From Chiloscyllium plagiosum (lineage: Eukaryota), in assembly GCF_004010195.1 (NCBI RefSeq), contig NC_057725.1:20362553-20426552 (forward strand): a stretch of 64,000 nt of DNA. Direction: 5' to 3'. Within the stretch, counting starts at the first letter, position 1. Each line of letters starts with the position of its first letter. A program made the translations under genes and the position numbers. Positions 1-11,599 of this stretch are shown here, in pieces. Below the pieces are notes generated by a model. The model worked only from the letters and a program-made list of their open reading frames with translations. It was not told the DNA's origin and did no database searches.

Positions 1-207
1 GCTACTCCCCTTCCCCCCAATACCCACAGATACAATGTAGAGGCTCCCCCACCCCTCACTGTGGATGATCTTTATGTCTCCCCCACCATCACCACAACCA
101 TTTGTGTATTGAGTGTTGTTTATTAATGAGGAGGATTCAGGCAGTTGTTAGATGCAGCTTGTTGTTATAATCTCAGTGGGTTTCGCAGCATTTTCCAAGG
201 GTCTTAC

Positions 208-310
208 CTGTTTGACCATGTCGCCAAGCAACGCCGAAGGGACGGGGAATGCTGGGACATGTAGTCTTAGTGGGCGTGATCTGTGAACTACAGATCCCAC
301 AAATCCTGTC
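208..310 (-). promoter_or_regulatory. IFTAP: Probable NWC/IFTAP (C11orf74) CpG-rich promoter and first exon
   Basis: Two inverted ZNF143/SBS motifs: 247-265 (minus strand ACTACAtgTCCCAGCATTC) and 287-306 (plus strand ACTACAgaTCCCACAAATCC). X-box GTCGCCAAGCAAC at 220-232. Strong minus-strand donor CAG|GTAAGA with the exon ending at 208. Position and orientation (5' of the RAG2 coding exon, antisense to RAG2) match the NWC promoter known in jawed vertebrates. No IFTAP coding exon is in the window, so the gene identity is inferred. Confidence 0.75.
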
Positions 311-852
311 GGCCGGTCCCACTGGACATTACACCCCCGAGGCAATAGAGCCACTGAATATTGATTCCGGAATCAAGAGGAGGGTGTTAGATTGAGATTT
401 CGCTGAATAGTGAACAGTCAGATGATGCAGCGCTCCCAAATAGTTGATCACACAAATATTACAATATTTGAGCGCACAGTCAGCAAAATAGCTTTGAATA
501 TGAGGTAGTCGTTGGAAACAGGAACAGTCCAATAGAAAGAATGTTTTAAAAAGAAAGACATAGAAGTTAACGTACTAAATCATAGTGGAGCATTGATCGA
601 ACATATACAAAACAATTTAGAGCAGTATGGATCATTTTTAAGTTTTACTAGTTGGGGGGGGCGGTAATTCAACGTTCAGGCCTGTTCCATCCTTCAACAA
701 TGTCATGGCTCACATGGTTGTGGTCTCAGGTCTATTATATATCTGTATTCAATACCTTTTGAGTCCCTTCTCTATGAAAAGTCTATCCAAATCAATCTTG
801 AACAAAGACCCAGCTTCTGCTATATATGATTTAAGAGCAGGAGCAAACCTTT

Positions 853-3090
853 AAAGTTATAGAGATGTACAGCACGGAAACAGACCCTTCGGTCCAACCC
901 GTCCATGCTGACCAGATATCCTAACCCAATCTCGTCCTACCTGCCAGCACCTGGCCCATATCCCTCCAAACACTTATTATTCATATACCCATCCAGATGC
1001 CTTTTAGATGTCGCAATTGTATTAGTCTCCACCACTTCCTCTGGCTGCTCATTCCATACATGTACCACCCTCTGTGTGAAAATGTTGCCCCTTAGATCTT
1101 GTTTATATCTTTCCCCTCTCACCCTAAACCTATGCCCTCTAGTTCTGGACTCCCCCACATCTGGGTAAAGACTTTGTCTAGTTATCCTATCCATGCCCCT
1201 CATGATTTTATAAACCTCTATAAGGTCACCCCTCAGCCTCCGACACTCCAGGAAAAACAGCCCCAGCCTATTTCACCACTCCCTATAGCTCAATTCCTCC
1301 AACTCTGGCAACATCCTTGTAAATCTTTTCTGAACCCTTTCAAGTTTCAAACCATCGTCCGATAAGAAGGAGACCAGAATTGCACGCCATATTCCAACAG
1401 TGGCTCAACCAATGTCCTGTACAGCTGCAACATGACCTCCCAACTCCTGTACTCAATACTCTGACCAATAAAGGAAAGCATACCAAACGCCTTCTTCACT
1501 ATCCTATCTAACTGTGACTCCACTTTCAAGGAGCTATGAACCTGCACTCCAAGGTCTCTTTGTTCAGCAACACTCCCTAGGACCTTACCATTAAGTGTAT
1601 AAGTCCTGCTAAGATTTGCTTTCCAAAAGTGCAGCACCTCGCATTTATCTGAATTAAACTCCATCTGCCACTTCTCAGCCCATTGGCCCATCTGATCAAG
1701 ATCCTGTTGTAATCTTAGGCAACCTTCTTTGCTGTCCACTACACCTCAATTTCAGTGCCACCTGCAAACTTATTAACTATACCTTTTATGCTCACATCCA
1801 AATCATTTATATAAATGATGAAAAGCAGAGGACCCAGCACTGATCCTTGTGGCACTCCACTGGTCACAGGCCTCCAGTCTGAAAAACAACCCTCCACCAC
1901 CACCCTCTATCTTCTACCTTTTGAGCCAGTTCTATATCCAAATAGCTAGTTCTCCCTGTATTCCATGAGATCTAACCTTGCTAACCAGTCTCCCATGCAA
2001 ACCTTGTCAAATGCCTTACTGAAGTCCATATAGATCACATCTACTGCTCTGCCCTCATCAATCCTCTTTGTTACTTCTTCAAAAACTCAGTCAAGTTTGT
2101 GAGACATGACTTCCCATGCACAAAGCCATGTTGATTATCCCTAATTAGTCTTTGCCTTTCCACGTACATGTACATCCTGTCCCTCAGGATTCTCTCCAAC
2201 AAATTGCCCACTGCTGATGTCAGGCTCACTGGTCTATAGTTCCCTGGCTTGTCTTTACCACCCTTCTTAAACAGTGGAACCACTTTAGCCAACCTTCAGT
2301 CTTCCGGCATCTCACCTGTGACTATTGATGATACAAATATCTCAGCAAGAGGCCCAGCAATCACTTCACTAGCTTTCCACTGAGTCTTTGGGTATACCTG
2401 TTCAGGTCCTGAGTATTTATCCACTTTTATGTGTTTCAAGACATCCAGCACTTTCTCCTCTGTAATATGAACATTTTTCAAGATGTCACCATCTATTTCC
2501 CTACATTCTATATGTTCTATGTCCTTTTCCACAGTAAATACTGATGCAAAATATTCATTTAGTATCTCCCCTAATGCCGAGGCTCCACAAAAAGCCTGCC
2601 TTGCTGACCTTTGAGGGCCCTATTCTCTCCCTAGTTACTCTTTTGTCCTTAATATATTTGTAAAAAAAAAACCTTTGGATTCTCCTTAACTCTATTTACC
2701 AAAGCTATCTCATGTCCCCTTTTTGCCCTCCTGATTTCTCTCTTAAGTATACCCCCACTGCCTTTATACGTTTCTAAGGATTCATTCAATCTATCTTGTC
2801 TATACCTGACATATGCTTCCTTCTTTTTCTTAACCAAACCCTCAACTTCTTTCGCCATCCAGCACCTACCAGCCTTTCCTTTCACCCTAACAGGAATACA
2901 CTTTCTCTGGACTCTCGTTATATCATTTCTGAAGGCTTCCAGCCATCCCTTTACCTGCGAACATCTGCCCCCAGTCAGCTTTTGAAAGTTCTTGCCTCAT
3001 ACTGTCAAAATTAGCCTTCCTCCAATTTCGAACTTCAACTTTTAGATCTGGTCTAACATTTTCCATCACTATTTTAAAATTAATAGAATT
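853..3090 (-). mobile_element. CR1 LINE, 5'-truncated and frameshifted ORF2 plus 3' tail
   Basis: ORF fragments such as VVPLFKKGGKDKPGNYRPVSLTS, QHGFVHGKSCLTNL, WQMEFNSDKCEVLHF and FTQRVVHVWNE. Confidence 0.9.
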
Positions 3091-4552
3091 ATGGTTACGG
3101 CCCCCCTCTATTCCCTCTATATTCTACATATTTAATACTAACATACAACTCTTACACATAGACCTAAATACTCGTTGCAAAATACATGCCATTACTGATG
3201 CAAAAATCTCAGAAGGGCCAGAAAGTGTAGATTTATGATGATTCGCAAACTTGGTGATAATATGAGGAATCGTTGTTTATGTAAGGAGGTAATATAGAAC
3301 ATTGAACATAGAACATAGAAAAGTACAGGCTCTTTCGCCCACGATGTCGTGCCAAGGTTTAATCCTAATGTAAAATATAATAACTTAACCCCTGCACCCC
3401 TCAACTCACTACTATCCACGTGCATGTCCAGCAGTCACTTAAATGTCCCCAGTGACTCTGCTTCCACCACCACAGGATGTCAAAGGATTCCATGGATTAA
3501 CAACTCTCTGCGTAAAGAACCTACCTCTGACGTCTCCTTTATACCTTCCTCCTAATATCCTGGAATTTGGAATCCATTGCATGCCAAGGTCATGAAAACA
3601 ATTTGAAAAACAGCATTGAATAAATACTAAATGGGAAAGACCTGATGAGATTTTTGAGAATGATACAAACAAAGTAGTTAAGGAAAACCAGATCTTCTTT
3701 TGATAAATGGCTGTCACCAAAGGATGGAGGACTCCAAGCATCGCAACCCACTTTCCAAAATGAGAGGAAGGATTAACCTGGCAGTCAGTTTAATATGCAA
3801 CAGAGAAGCATTTAAAAACAAAATCCACAAGTAAAAATAACAGCATCTTAGACAAGTGAAGATCAATTAAAGGGGAGTTGGCAGAGAATCATGAAGGAGA
3901 AATCCTTATTGACTAACAGAATTGAGGTCTTGATGAAGACAGACTGAATGAAAAAAAATTTGTTGATATGTATATGGATTTCCAACAGGTGCCTGATGAA
4001 GGACAACAATGCACAAAATTGAAGTCCAGTGGGTATAAACAGGGCAATATCTGCATGGGTACAAAAGCAGAGTGATGCAGTGAAAGGCTGTTTTCATGTT
4101 GCAGTGGAATTCCCCAGGATTCAATACCATGTGGGAAAATGTGGCAAAGGATCTCCAGCATCCCGACCTTATCTACCATGGTGATTCTTTCCTGTAGCCA
4201 TTTTCCTCTGTCCTGTCTCCAGGTCAATTTCTAGGTCCTAGTCTCTAACTGATATCCCATCAATGCATTCAGGTTTCCGAATAACATGGCCCAAACACAA
4301 TTTATGTAACCTTTTCAATTCTAGTGCCTGTTATGATCCTAGCTGATGGTTGTATTAGACAAGTCAAACAGGAAGTGAAACTTAGCTTGATAGACCATAA
4401 GTTTTACCTTTGCAATTTGATTCCTGTGCCAGTCATTCACTGAACATAATCACACAAGATTGCCAATGTAATTTTAACATAATAATATTTGATTGTTGGT
4501 CAAAGATTTAAAAAAGACAATCTGAGAGACCCTATCACAAACAACAATAACA

Positions 4553-4669
4553 AATATTCATTTATTTTCTCCCAATAATATTCCTTACAGATATTCAACA
4601 CCAGTGAAGTATCATTAATATTCATTTATTTTCTCCCAATAATATTCCTTACAGATACTCAATATCAGT
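4553..4669 (+). repeat. Local direct duplication of about 53 bp, period 64
   Basis: AATATTCATTTATTTTCTCCCAATAATATTCCTTACAGATA occurs at 4553 and at 4617. Confidence 0.9.
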
Positions 4670-5080
4670 CCTAACTTCACTCAATGATCTCTCTTTCAAC
4701 TGCCAAAGGCACGTGCATTTCCTTTTCTGCACATTCACCAAATATGATTCTCTTTATTTCCCTTCAAGATACACGATATGGTTAACACACTAACTTTAGT
4801 CTGACTTTGACTACTCTGAGACTGCATTTCTTGTGAACAATCTGCTTCTGGCCCTTCTTTCTGTAGATTCTAAAACCTGAATTCACCAAACGCTTCAGTA
4901 AATATCTCACCCGGAAGCTTATCTAATCATTCAGCATAAGTCTTATGATTTATTAGAAAAGCTATTTGATCCACTGCAAAAAACTATGGGTTTCTAACCC
5001 TTACAAAAAAAAAGCCACCTTCACTGGGCTAAAAATAAAAACCCCATTTTTGTCTACTTTAGAACCCAAGTTCCCATTTG

Positions 5081-5230
5081 GAGTGGCACGGTGGCTCAGT
5101 GGTTAGCACTGCTGCCTCACAGCACCAGGGACCCAGGTTTGATTCCAGCCTCGGGTGACTGTGTGGAGTTTGCACATTCTCCCTGTGTCTGCATGGGTTT
5201 CCTCTGGATGCTCTGGTTTCCTCCCACAAT
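5081..5230 (+). mobile_element. HE1-type tRNA-derived V-SINE, truncated
   Basis: Head GGTGGCTCAGTGGTTAGCACTGCTGCCTCACAGC followed by V-domain GTGTGGAGTTTGCACATTCTCCC. Confidence 0.85.
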
Positions 5231-5964
5231 TACTCCTCCAATTTTGGTGTCATCTGCAACCTGTTCTTGTAGCCACTGTATTTACGACCACAAGAAATAG
5301 GAACAGGAGTAGGCCACTCAGCCTTTCAAGGCTGCTCCACCATTCAGTAGGGCCATGGCTCATCCAGCACTGCATAAGTCCCCATAACCCTTGATTGCTC
5401 TACTGATCAAGAACCTATCTATGTCAGCCTTAAATATACACAAGGACTCTGCCCCCACAGCTCACTATGGCAAGGAGTTCCAAAAACACATGATCCTCAG
5501 AGAGAAGAAATTCCTCCCCATCTTAGTCCTAAATTAGTGACCCTTAATTCTGAGACTATGCTCCCTGGTCCTAGACTCTCCCATGAGAAGAAACATCCCC
5601 TCAGTACTTACCCTGTCAAAGGAGGTTCAAGAAACAAAACCATTACAGGAACCATGCTGTAGTACCCAGCGATGGTTAAAACAAAATCCATCATGAGCGT
5701 TGATGGGACACAAACAAATGAAAGAATAACTGAAGCCTTCCTGAAAGGTGAGCATGATTCAAAGTAATATTGTCTGCCTTCACTAAATGAGGCTCAGAAA
5801 GTAGATCCTGAATTAAATAAATTGGCGCAGTCAGCTTACACTGAAATACAGGCCAAAGGAGTGCTATTATCTGAAGAATGGAGTGTGCTGATAAGGAAGT
5901 AAAAAATAAAGTTGTCATAGTCCCAGAGGACTGCAGGATTATTTTCTCATTAGAAAGAGACTGG

Positions 5965-6285
5965 TGGTGCACAGTGGCTCAGTGGTTAGCACTGTAGCCT
6001 CACAGCACCAAGGACCTGGGTTCAAGTCCAGCCTTGGGCTGTGTGGAGTTTGCACATTCTCCCTGTGTCTGCATGGGTTTCCTCTGGATGCTCTGGTTTC
6101 CTCCCACAATCCAAAAGGTGTGCAGGTTAGGTAAATTGGCCATGCTAAATTGCCCATAGTGTTAGGTGCATTATTCAGGGATAAATGTAGGGCAGGGGAA
6201 TGGGTCTGGGTGGGTTACTCTTTGGAGGGTCAGTGTGGACATATTGGGCTGAAAGGCCTGTTTCCATACTGTAACTCTAATCTAA
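5965..6285 (+). mobile_element. HE1-type V-SINE
   Basis: tRNA-like head, V domain, CR1-derived tail ending in CTAAT repeats. Confidence 0.85.
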
Positions 6286-6778
6286 TATATTGTAAGTCTT
6301 AATCATATACTGTTCCACCTCAGTCCCCCCAGACATATGTTCCAAAGATAGAAGAATAATAAAAGGATTTGAGTATTTGAAGGTTTCATATCCTGACCTG
6401 GAATTGGAAAGAAACTAAGTTTGCTGAATGAAGATTTATTGAAACTGAATTTCAGTAATAAGGTTGGAAGCAATTACACTTTGTGCATGACGAATAAAAA
6501 TCAATGCAGTACAATGTTTTTCTTACTTAATAAAGTAAAAGTATTTCATAACCTAAGGTAATTGAATTTTGAAATATAAAGTGATGGTATTTTTAATTGC
6601 TGATTTATCACACAAATTACAGCAAAAACCAGCATTTTTGCACTTATTAAAAGCTGCAGAGTGGTTAGTTCTGCATCATCAGAATCCATAACAATCAATT
6701 TTGTAATAAATTTTTAATTCTAACATCAGTTTATATTTCTTTTCTTTCCATAGATACTGTCAGCTTTTCACTGTGGCA

Positions 6779-8338
6779 ATGTCTCTGCAAATGGTTTCAG
6801 AGAGTAGCAAAACTGGACTCATCTACCCAGGCTTTTCTTTATTCAATTTAAACGGTGAAGTCTTCTTTTTTGGTCAGAAAGGGTGGCCAAAAAGATCCTG
6901 CAGCACTGGAGTTTTTCTTCTTCATCTCAAAGGTCATAATCTCAAACTGAAAGCTGTTTCATTTTCACCTGACTCTTGCTACCTTCCCCCACTGCGCTGT
7001 CCTGCAATAACCCATTACTCGGATCCCTCAGAATCCAAGAGCCCTTTATATTTCATTCATGGTGGGAGAGATCCAAATAATGACTTGACTAATTCACTTT
7101 ATTTAATGATGGTTTACTGTAGCACTGGCAACAAGACAACATCGCTTCGTTGCATTGAAAAGAATCTTGAAGGAGAGGTTCCCCAAGGAAGATATGGCCA
7201 CAGCATCAATGTGGTTCAAAGCAAGGGTCAAATGTTGTTAGTCTTGTTTGGGGGTAGATGCTTCCGGCCCCCTGGGCAAAGAACCACAGAAAACTGGAAC
7301 AGTGTTGTTGATTGTTTGCCGGAAGTTTTTCTGATTGATATAAACACCGGCCATTGCACATCCCACATACTTCCCGAAATAGAAGATGGGTTTTCATTTC
7401 ATATCTCCATTGCAAAAATTGACAGAGTGTACATATTAGGTGGCCATTCCATTGAAACGAATCTTCGCCCTGAAAGGTTGCTTTGTCTGAAGGTTGATTT
7501 ATCTGGGACTTCTCCAAGTGTCCAGTGTACAATACTGCAAGGTGGCATTTCTGTGTCGAGTGCAATAGTGACCCAAGCAGGAAAAGATGAATTCATAATT
7601 GTTGGTGGTTATGAGTCGGAGAGCAAGAAGCGAATGATTTGTAACACCATCACAGTGGAGAATGACAACATTCAGATTTTGGAAAAGGAGCCCCCAGCGT
7701 GGACCAGCGATATTAAAGCAAGCAAAACCTGGTTTGGTAGCAGCATGGAAAGTAATACAGTGTTACTCGGCATCCCTGGAGAAAGTAAACAAGATGCAGC
7801 CGAGGCATACTTCTTCTATATTGCGAAATTTGGGCAATTAGATGAAGAAAGTCAAGTTTCTTGCAGCCAGGAATCCTTCACTGATCCAGAAGAATGCAGC
7901 ACTTTTGAAGATTCAGAAGAATTTAACTTTGAAGTGGAGGCCGATGGCTCTGATGATGCAGAGAACCGAGATAATGCTGATGAGGAAGGTTATTGGATTA
8001 AATGCAGCTCCACGTGTAATATGAACGTCAATATCTGGGAGCCTTATTACTCCACAGAATTAAATAAACCTGCAATGATTTGCTGCTCTAGCGGAGGTGA
8101 TGATGGACACTGGGTTCATGCCCAGTGCATGAATCTTGCAGAATCACAGCTGATTCAGTTTTCTCAAGAAAACACAAAGTATTTTTGCAATGAGCATTAC
8201 ATTGATAGAGGAATTCAAACACCTCAAAAGAAGAAACAGATAAAGCGAACACCAATTAAATCTCCACGTAAGAAATCGCCAGCCACTCTGAAAAGGACAC
8301 CAATGAAGAAAAGCTTTCTGAAGAGACTATTTGATTGA
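6779..8338 (+). CDS. RAG2: V(D)J recombination-activating protein 2, 519 aa, single coding exon
   Basis: Starts MSLQMV. Kelch core (FGQKGWPKRSC, GRYGHS, RTTENWNSVVDC), acidic hinge, PHD finger (GYWIKC...GHWVHAQCM...YFCNEH), C-terminus KKSFLKRLFD. Acceptor tttctttccatag| lies just before 6754. The ATG at 6779 is preferred over the track's GTG at 6773. Confidence 0.99.
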   Translation: MSLQMVSESSKTGLIYPGFSLFNLNGEVFFFGQKGWPKRSCSTGVFLLHLKGHNLKLKAVSFSPDSCYLPPLRCPAITHYSDPSESKSPLYFIHGGRDPNNDLTNSLYLMMVYCSTGNKTTSLRCIEKNLEGEVPQGRYGHSINVVQSKGQMLLVLFGGRCFRPPGQRTTENWNSVVDCLPEVFLIDINTGHCTSHILPEIEDGFSFHISIAKIDRVYILGGHSIETNLRPERLLCLKVDLSGTSPSVQCTILQGGISVSSAIVTQAGKDEFIIVGGYESESKKRMICNTITVENDNIQILEKEPPAWTSDIKASKTWFGSSMESNTVLLGIPGESKQDAAEAYFFYIAKFGQLDEESQVSCSQESFTDPEECSTFEDSEEFNFEVEADGSDDAENRDNADEEGYWIKCSSTCNMNVNIWEPYYSTELNKPAMICCSSGGDDGHWVHAQCMNLAESQLIQFSQENTKYFCNEHYIDRGIQTPQKKKQIKRTPIKSPRKKSPATLKRTPMKKSFLKRLFD

Positions 8339-8477
8339 AACTGTAAAGTTCTTATGGTGCTACACAATTTGGGATTGATTGACAATGAAATCATTTGCAA
8401 TTTAACATTTGGGGTCATAGCAATATTCGTGCATTCTGATGTCTCGCTTATTCTAAACTTGTTACTATCTAAAGATA

Positions 8478-8833
8478 GGAGAAAGTGAGGTCTGCAGATG
8501 CTGGAGATCAGAGCTGAAAATGTGTTGCTGGAAAAGCGCAGCAGGTCAGGCAGCATCCAGGGAACAGGAGAATCGACGTTTCGGGCATAAGCCCTTCCTA
8601 ACCTGCAAGAAGATTGCAGGTTAGGAAGGCGGTGCTGAATTCGATGGATTTGACTGAGACAAGGTGGGGGGAGGGGAAATGAGGAAACTGGTGAAACCCG
8701 CGTTCCTGCCTTGTGGTTGGAGGGTTCCTAGGCAGAAGATGAGGCGCTCTTCCTCCAACCATCATTATGCCCGAAACATCGATTCTCCTGTTCCCTGGAT
8801 GCTGCCTGACCTGCTGCGCTTTTCCAGCAACAC
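8478..8833. mobile_element. Penelope-derived palindromic insertion (family A) with 14-bp TSD
   Basis: Inverted arms at about 8522-8590 and 8766-8833. TSD ACTATCTAAAGATA at 8464-8477 and 8834-8847. Confidence 0.85.
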
Positions 8834-8918
8834 ACTATCTAAAGATATCCAAGATAAGTGTATGGACTCCAGCATCTGCAGTCCTCACTTTCTCCTATGG
8901 ACTATATATGCAATACAC

Positions 8919-8924
8919 AATAAA
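8919..8924 (+). terminator. Candidate RAG2 polyadenylation signal
   Basis: First AATAAA seen downstream of the RAG2 stop codon. Confidence 0.5.
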
Positions 8925-9299
8925 TAGTGAGCCAAAAGTCAATTTCTGTCAGCATTATCTGGTCTACATGGTGAGGATTCTTTCTTGTTAACTGAAACAA
9001 TGTACATTTTCTTATTTAACAAAATGTCCAGTAGACTTGTCAAAAGATCTAACAATACCATCATGCTCTGCAATAGCAAAATACTGCAGATGCTGGAAAC
9101 CTAAGATAAGAAGTAAGCTGGAAATGCAGAAAACAGGACAGGCAGCATCTGGAGAGAGGGGTCAAAGATGTCTCATTCAGAACAAAAGTTCAGAAAGATA
9201 TAAACAAAATGTTCTGACAATAAGTCATTGGTCCACATTGCATGTCACTGTGTACCCATCCCAAAGATGTTGCCTCAACTGTTAGGTTTTCCCTGTATT

Positions 9300-9622
9300 A
9301 GAATCATAGAATCCTGACAGTGCAGAAAGAAGTCATTTAGCCCATCGAGTCTGCAGCAACCCTCCAAATAGCATCCCACCCAAGCTCTATCCCAACAACC
9401 CCACATTTCCCAGAGTTAATCCACCTGGCTTGCACGTCCCTGGACACCACAGGGCAATTTATCATGGCCAATCCACTGACCTGCATATCTTTGACCTGTG
9501 GGAGGAAACCAGAGCACCCAGCAGAAATGGGAAGAACATGCACACAGACAGTCATCCGAGGCTGGAATCAAACCCGGGTCCCTGAAAGCGAGAGACAGCA
9601 GTACTAACCACTGTGCCACTGT
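9300..9622 (-). mobile_element. HE1-like V-SINE
   Basis: Reverse complement of the SINE head, V domain and CR1-like tail. Confidence 0.8.
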
Positions 9623-10459
9623 ACTGCATATATTCTGGAGTGGATTATATGGGGGGGTGCAGATTCCATTCCCTTACCCCTCTAATACGTCCTGGGAAAT
9701 TTGGTAGGCATGACTTGGTAGACCCCAGTGTGGTGGGGAGGAGAGTTGAATCAGAGAGGCTGGAAAGGCCACCGAGTACCATCCCAAAGAAGGCGCCTCC
9801 TTCCTGCCTGATAGCAACACTGACTGAAAAAGATGCAGGCCTTCAACACTGGCAAGTGGCTGCAAAGTTCACCCTTGAATGTGTTTATTTCTCCTGGGTT
9901 ATAAATTTAGACTCTCAGCACACAATAAGGGCTGGTAGGACACATTTAAAATGCAATAAATGGTCTAAACAAGAGCTAATACTCAAATGGTGATGTGCCA
10001 GAACATGAGATTTGTTGCATAATCCTTTGCTACTTTGTAATTTTATGTCTAATTTTCTTTTTGGCGTTACTGTTCTGGATGTAACATTTGATGCAGTTAT
10101 AATTTTTGTTTGCAAACTTACTTCTGGTGCTGTGCTTAACAATTATTATTAATTTTACTTCTGTGGTGCTAACTCTTTACAGAAATAAAAATAATAATCA
10201 TAGTCTGGATGGTTTTCTTTAATTCAATACAATAATTAGCATTTGATGAAGAATCATCATGTAATAGGAACTTGTAAGAAAATGCAAAGAAATCATGATT
10301 TGCCAAACTAAGCACAAATAACCATCCCAAAATTCCCAAACTACTCTGCTTAGTCCTTGATAGTACCTGAAGATATTATTCTGACTTAAATGGTGGCTTC
10401 TTTCATCATTTCCATCTACAATAGTTGTTCCAGTTTACTGTTCTTTGCACCAGATTTAT

Positions 10460-10880
10460 GTCATAGAATCATACAGCATAGAAACAGACCTTTTTTCCAA
10501 CTCGTCCATGCCGACCAGGTATCCTAAACTGAACTAGTCCCATTTGCCTGTGTTTGACCTAAATCCCTCTAAACCTTTCCTATCCATGTACTTGTCCAAA
10601 TATCTTTTATATGTTATACTCGGCTCATCACTTCCTCTGGCAGCTTATTCCGCACATGCACCACCGTCTATGCGATAACTTACCCTCAGTGGCTTTTAAA
10701 TCTTTCCCCTCTCATCTTAAATCTATAACCTATAGTTCTGGATTCCTGTAGACTTGGAAAAAGATCTTGGTCATTCACCTTATCAACACCCCTTTAAAGT
10801 CACCCCTTAGCCTGTGATGCTTCGTGGGGAAAAAGTCATAGCCTATCCAGTCTCTCCTTATGACTCAAACCCTCTAGTCC
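10460..10880 (-). mobile_element. CR1 3' end fragment
   Basis: Similar to the CR1 tail at 853-1300. Confidence 0.75.
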
Positions 10881-11599
10881 TCTCTTCTCAGCCGATGTAC
10901 AACGTTGTGATTGTAACCTCACACAAGAACAAGGGCAACTGCAATAATTGCAATAACTATTACAACGATCACGGAAAAAGTATTTGTCTGTGTTGCCTTT
11001 GTCAGATTGCAAATTCTGACTGAATGCATCTGTCCTGAATTGAAGTGGGGTTTCAGAACTGGGAGATTTATGATTCCCTGGTTAGCATTGCCAGTCACAG
11101 TTGCTGATGGGATTCACATTCCTTTCCATCTAAAGCCACTCAGGCATTCCAAGAAACTCTGCTCCTCACATTTGAACAGGCACCTAATTCCATTCACCAT
11201 TCACCCCATGGTCCCCAATCTATGTTGACTCCCAATCCAGCCTTACCTCAATTTTAATTTTATCGCCATCATCTTCAAGTATTTCCATTGCTTTTGCCCT
11301 CTCAATTTCTGTCACCTTTCCCAGCCTCTGCTCTATCCCCAAAATCTATGTGCACCTCTAGTTCTGACCTCCTAACATGCCTGATACATCAACTTGTTTC
11401 TGCACCCCAGGTGCGACCTGACCTGCTGAATTTCTCTGCCATTTTTTACTTTAATTTCTGGTTGTAATTACACCAACTCGCCAGCTCTGCTTACTTTTCC
11501 AGAACCTGAGCCCTGAAATTCTCTCCTGAAACTCTTCGGCAAAGTTTTGATCACGGTTTTGACTCTTCCTTACATGGTTTGGTGACAACAGACTGAGAG

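Noticed and set aside
5081-5160. tRNA-like sequences with A/B boxes
   Set aside because: They are heads of HE1-type SINEs, not tRNA genes.
6609-6630. Nonamer-like GCAAAAACC just upstream of RAG2
   Set aside because: The nearest CAC heptamer is only 6 bp away; there is none at 12 or 23 bp.
6730-6765. Similarity between the RAG2 acceptor (ag|ATACTGTCA) and the RAG1 acceptor (ag|ATACCAGTCA), as a remnant inverted repeat
   Set aside because: Mostly explained by the splice-site consensus and too short to distinguish from chance.
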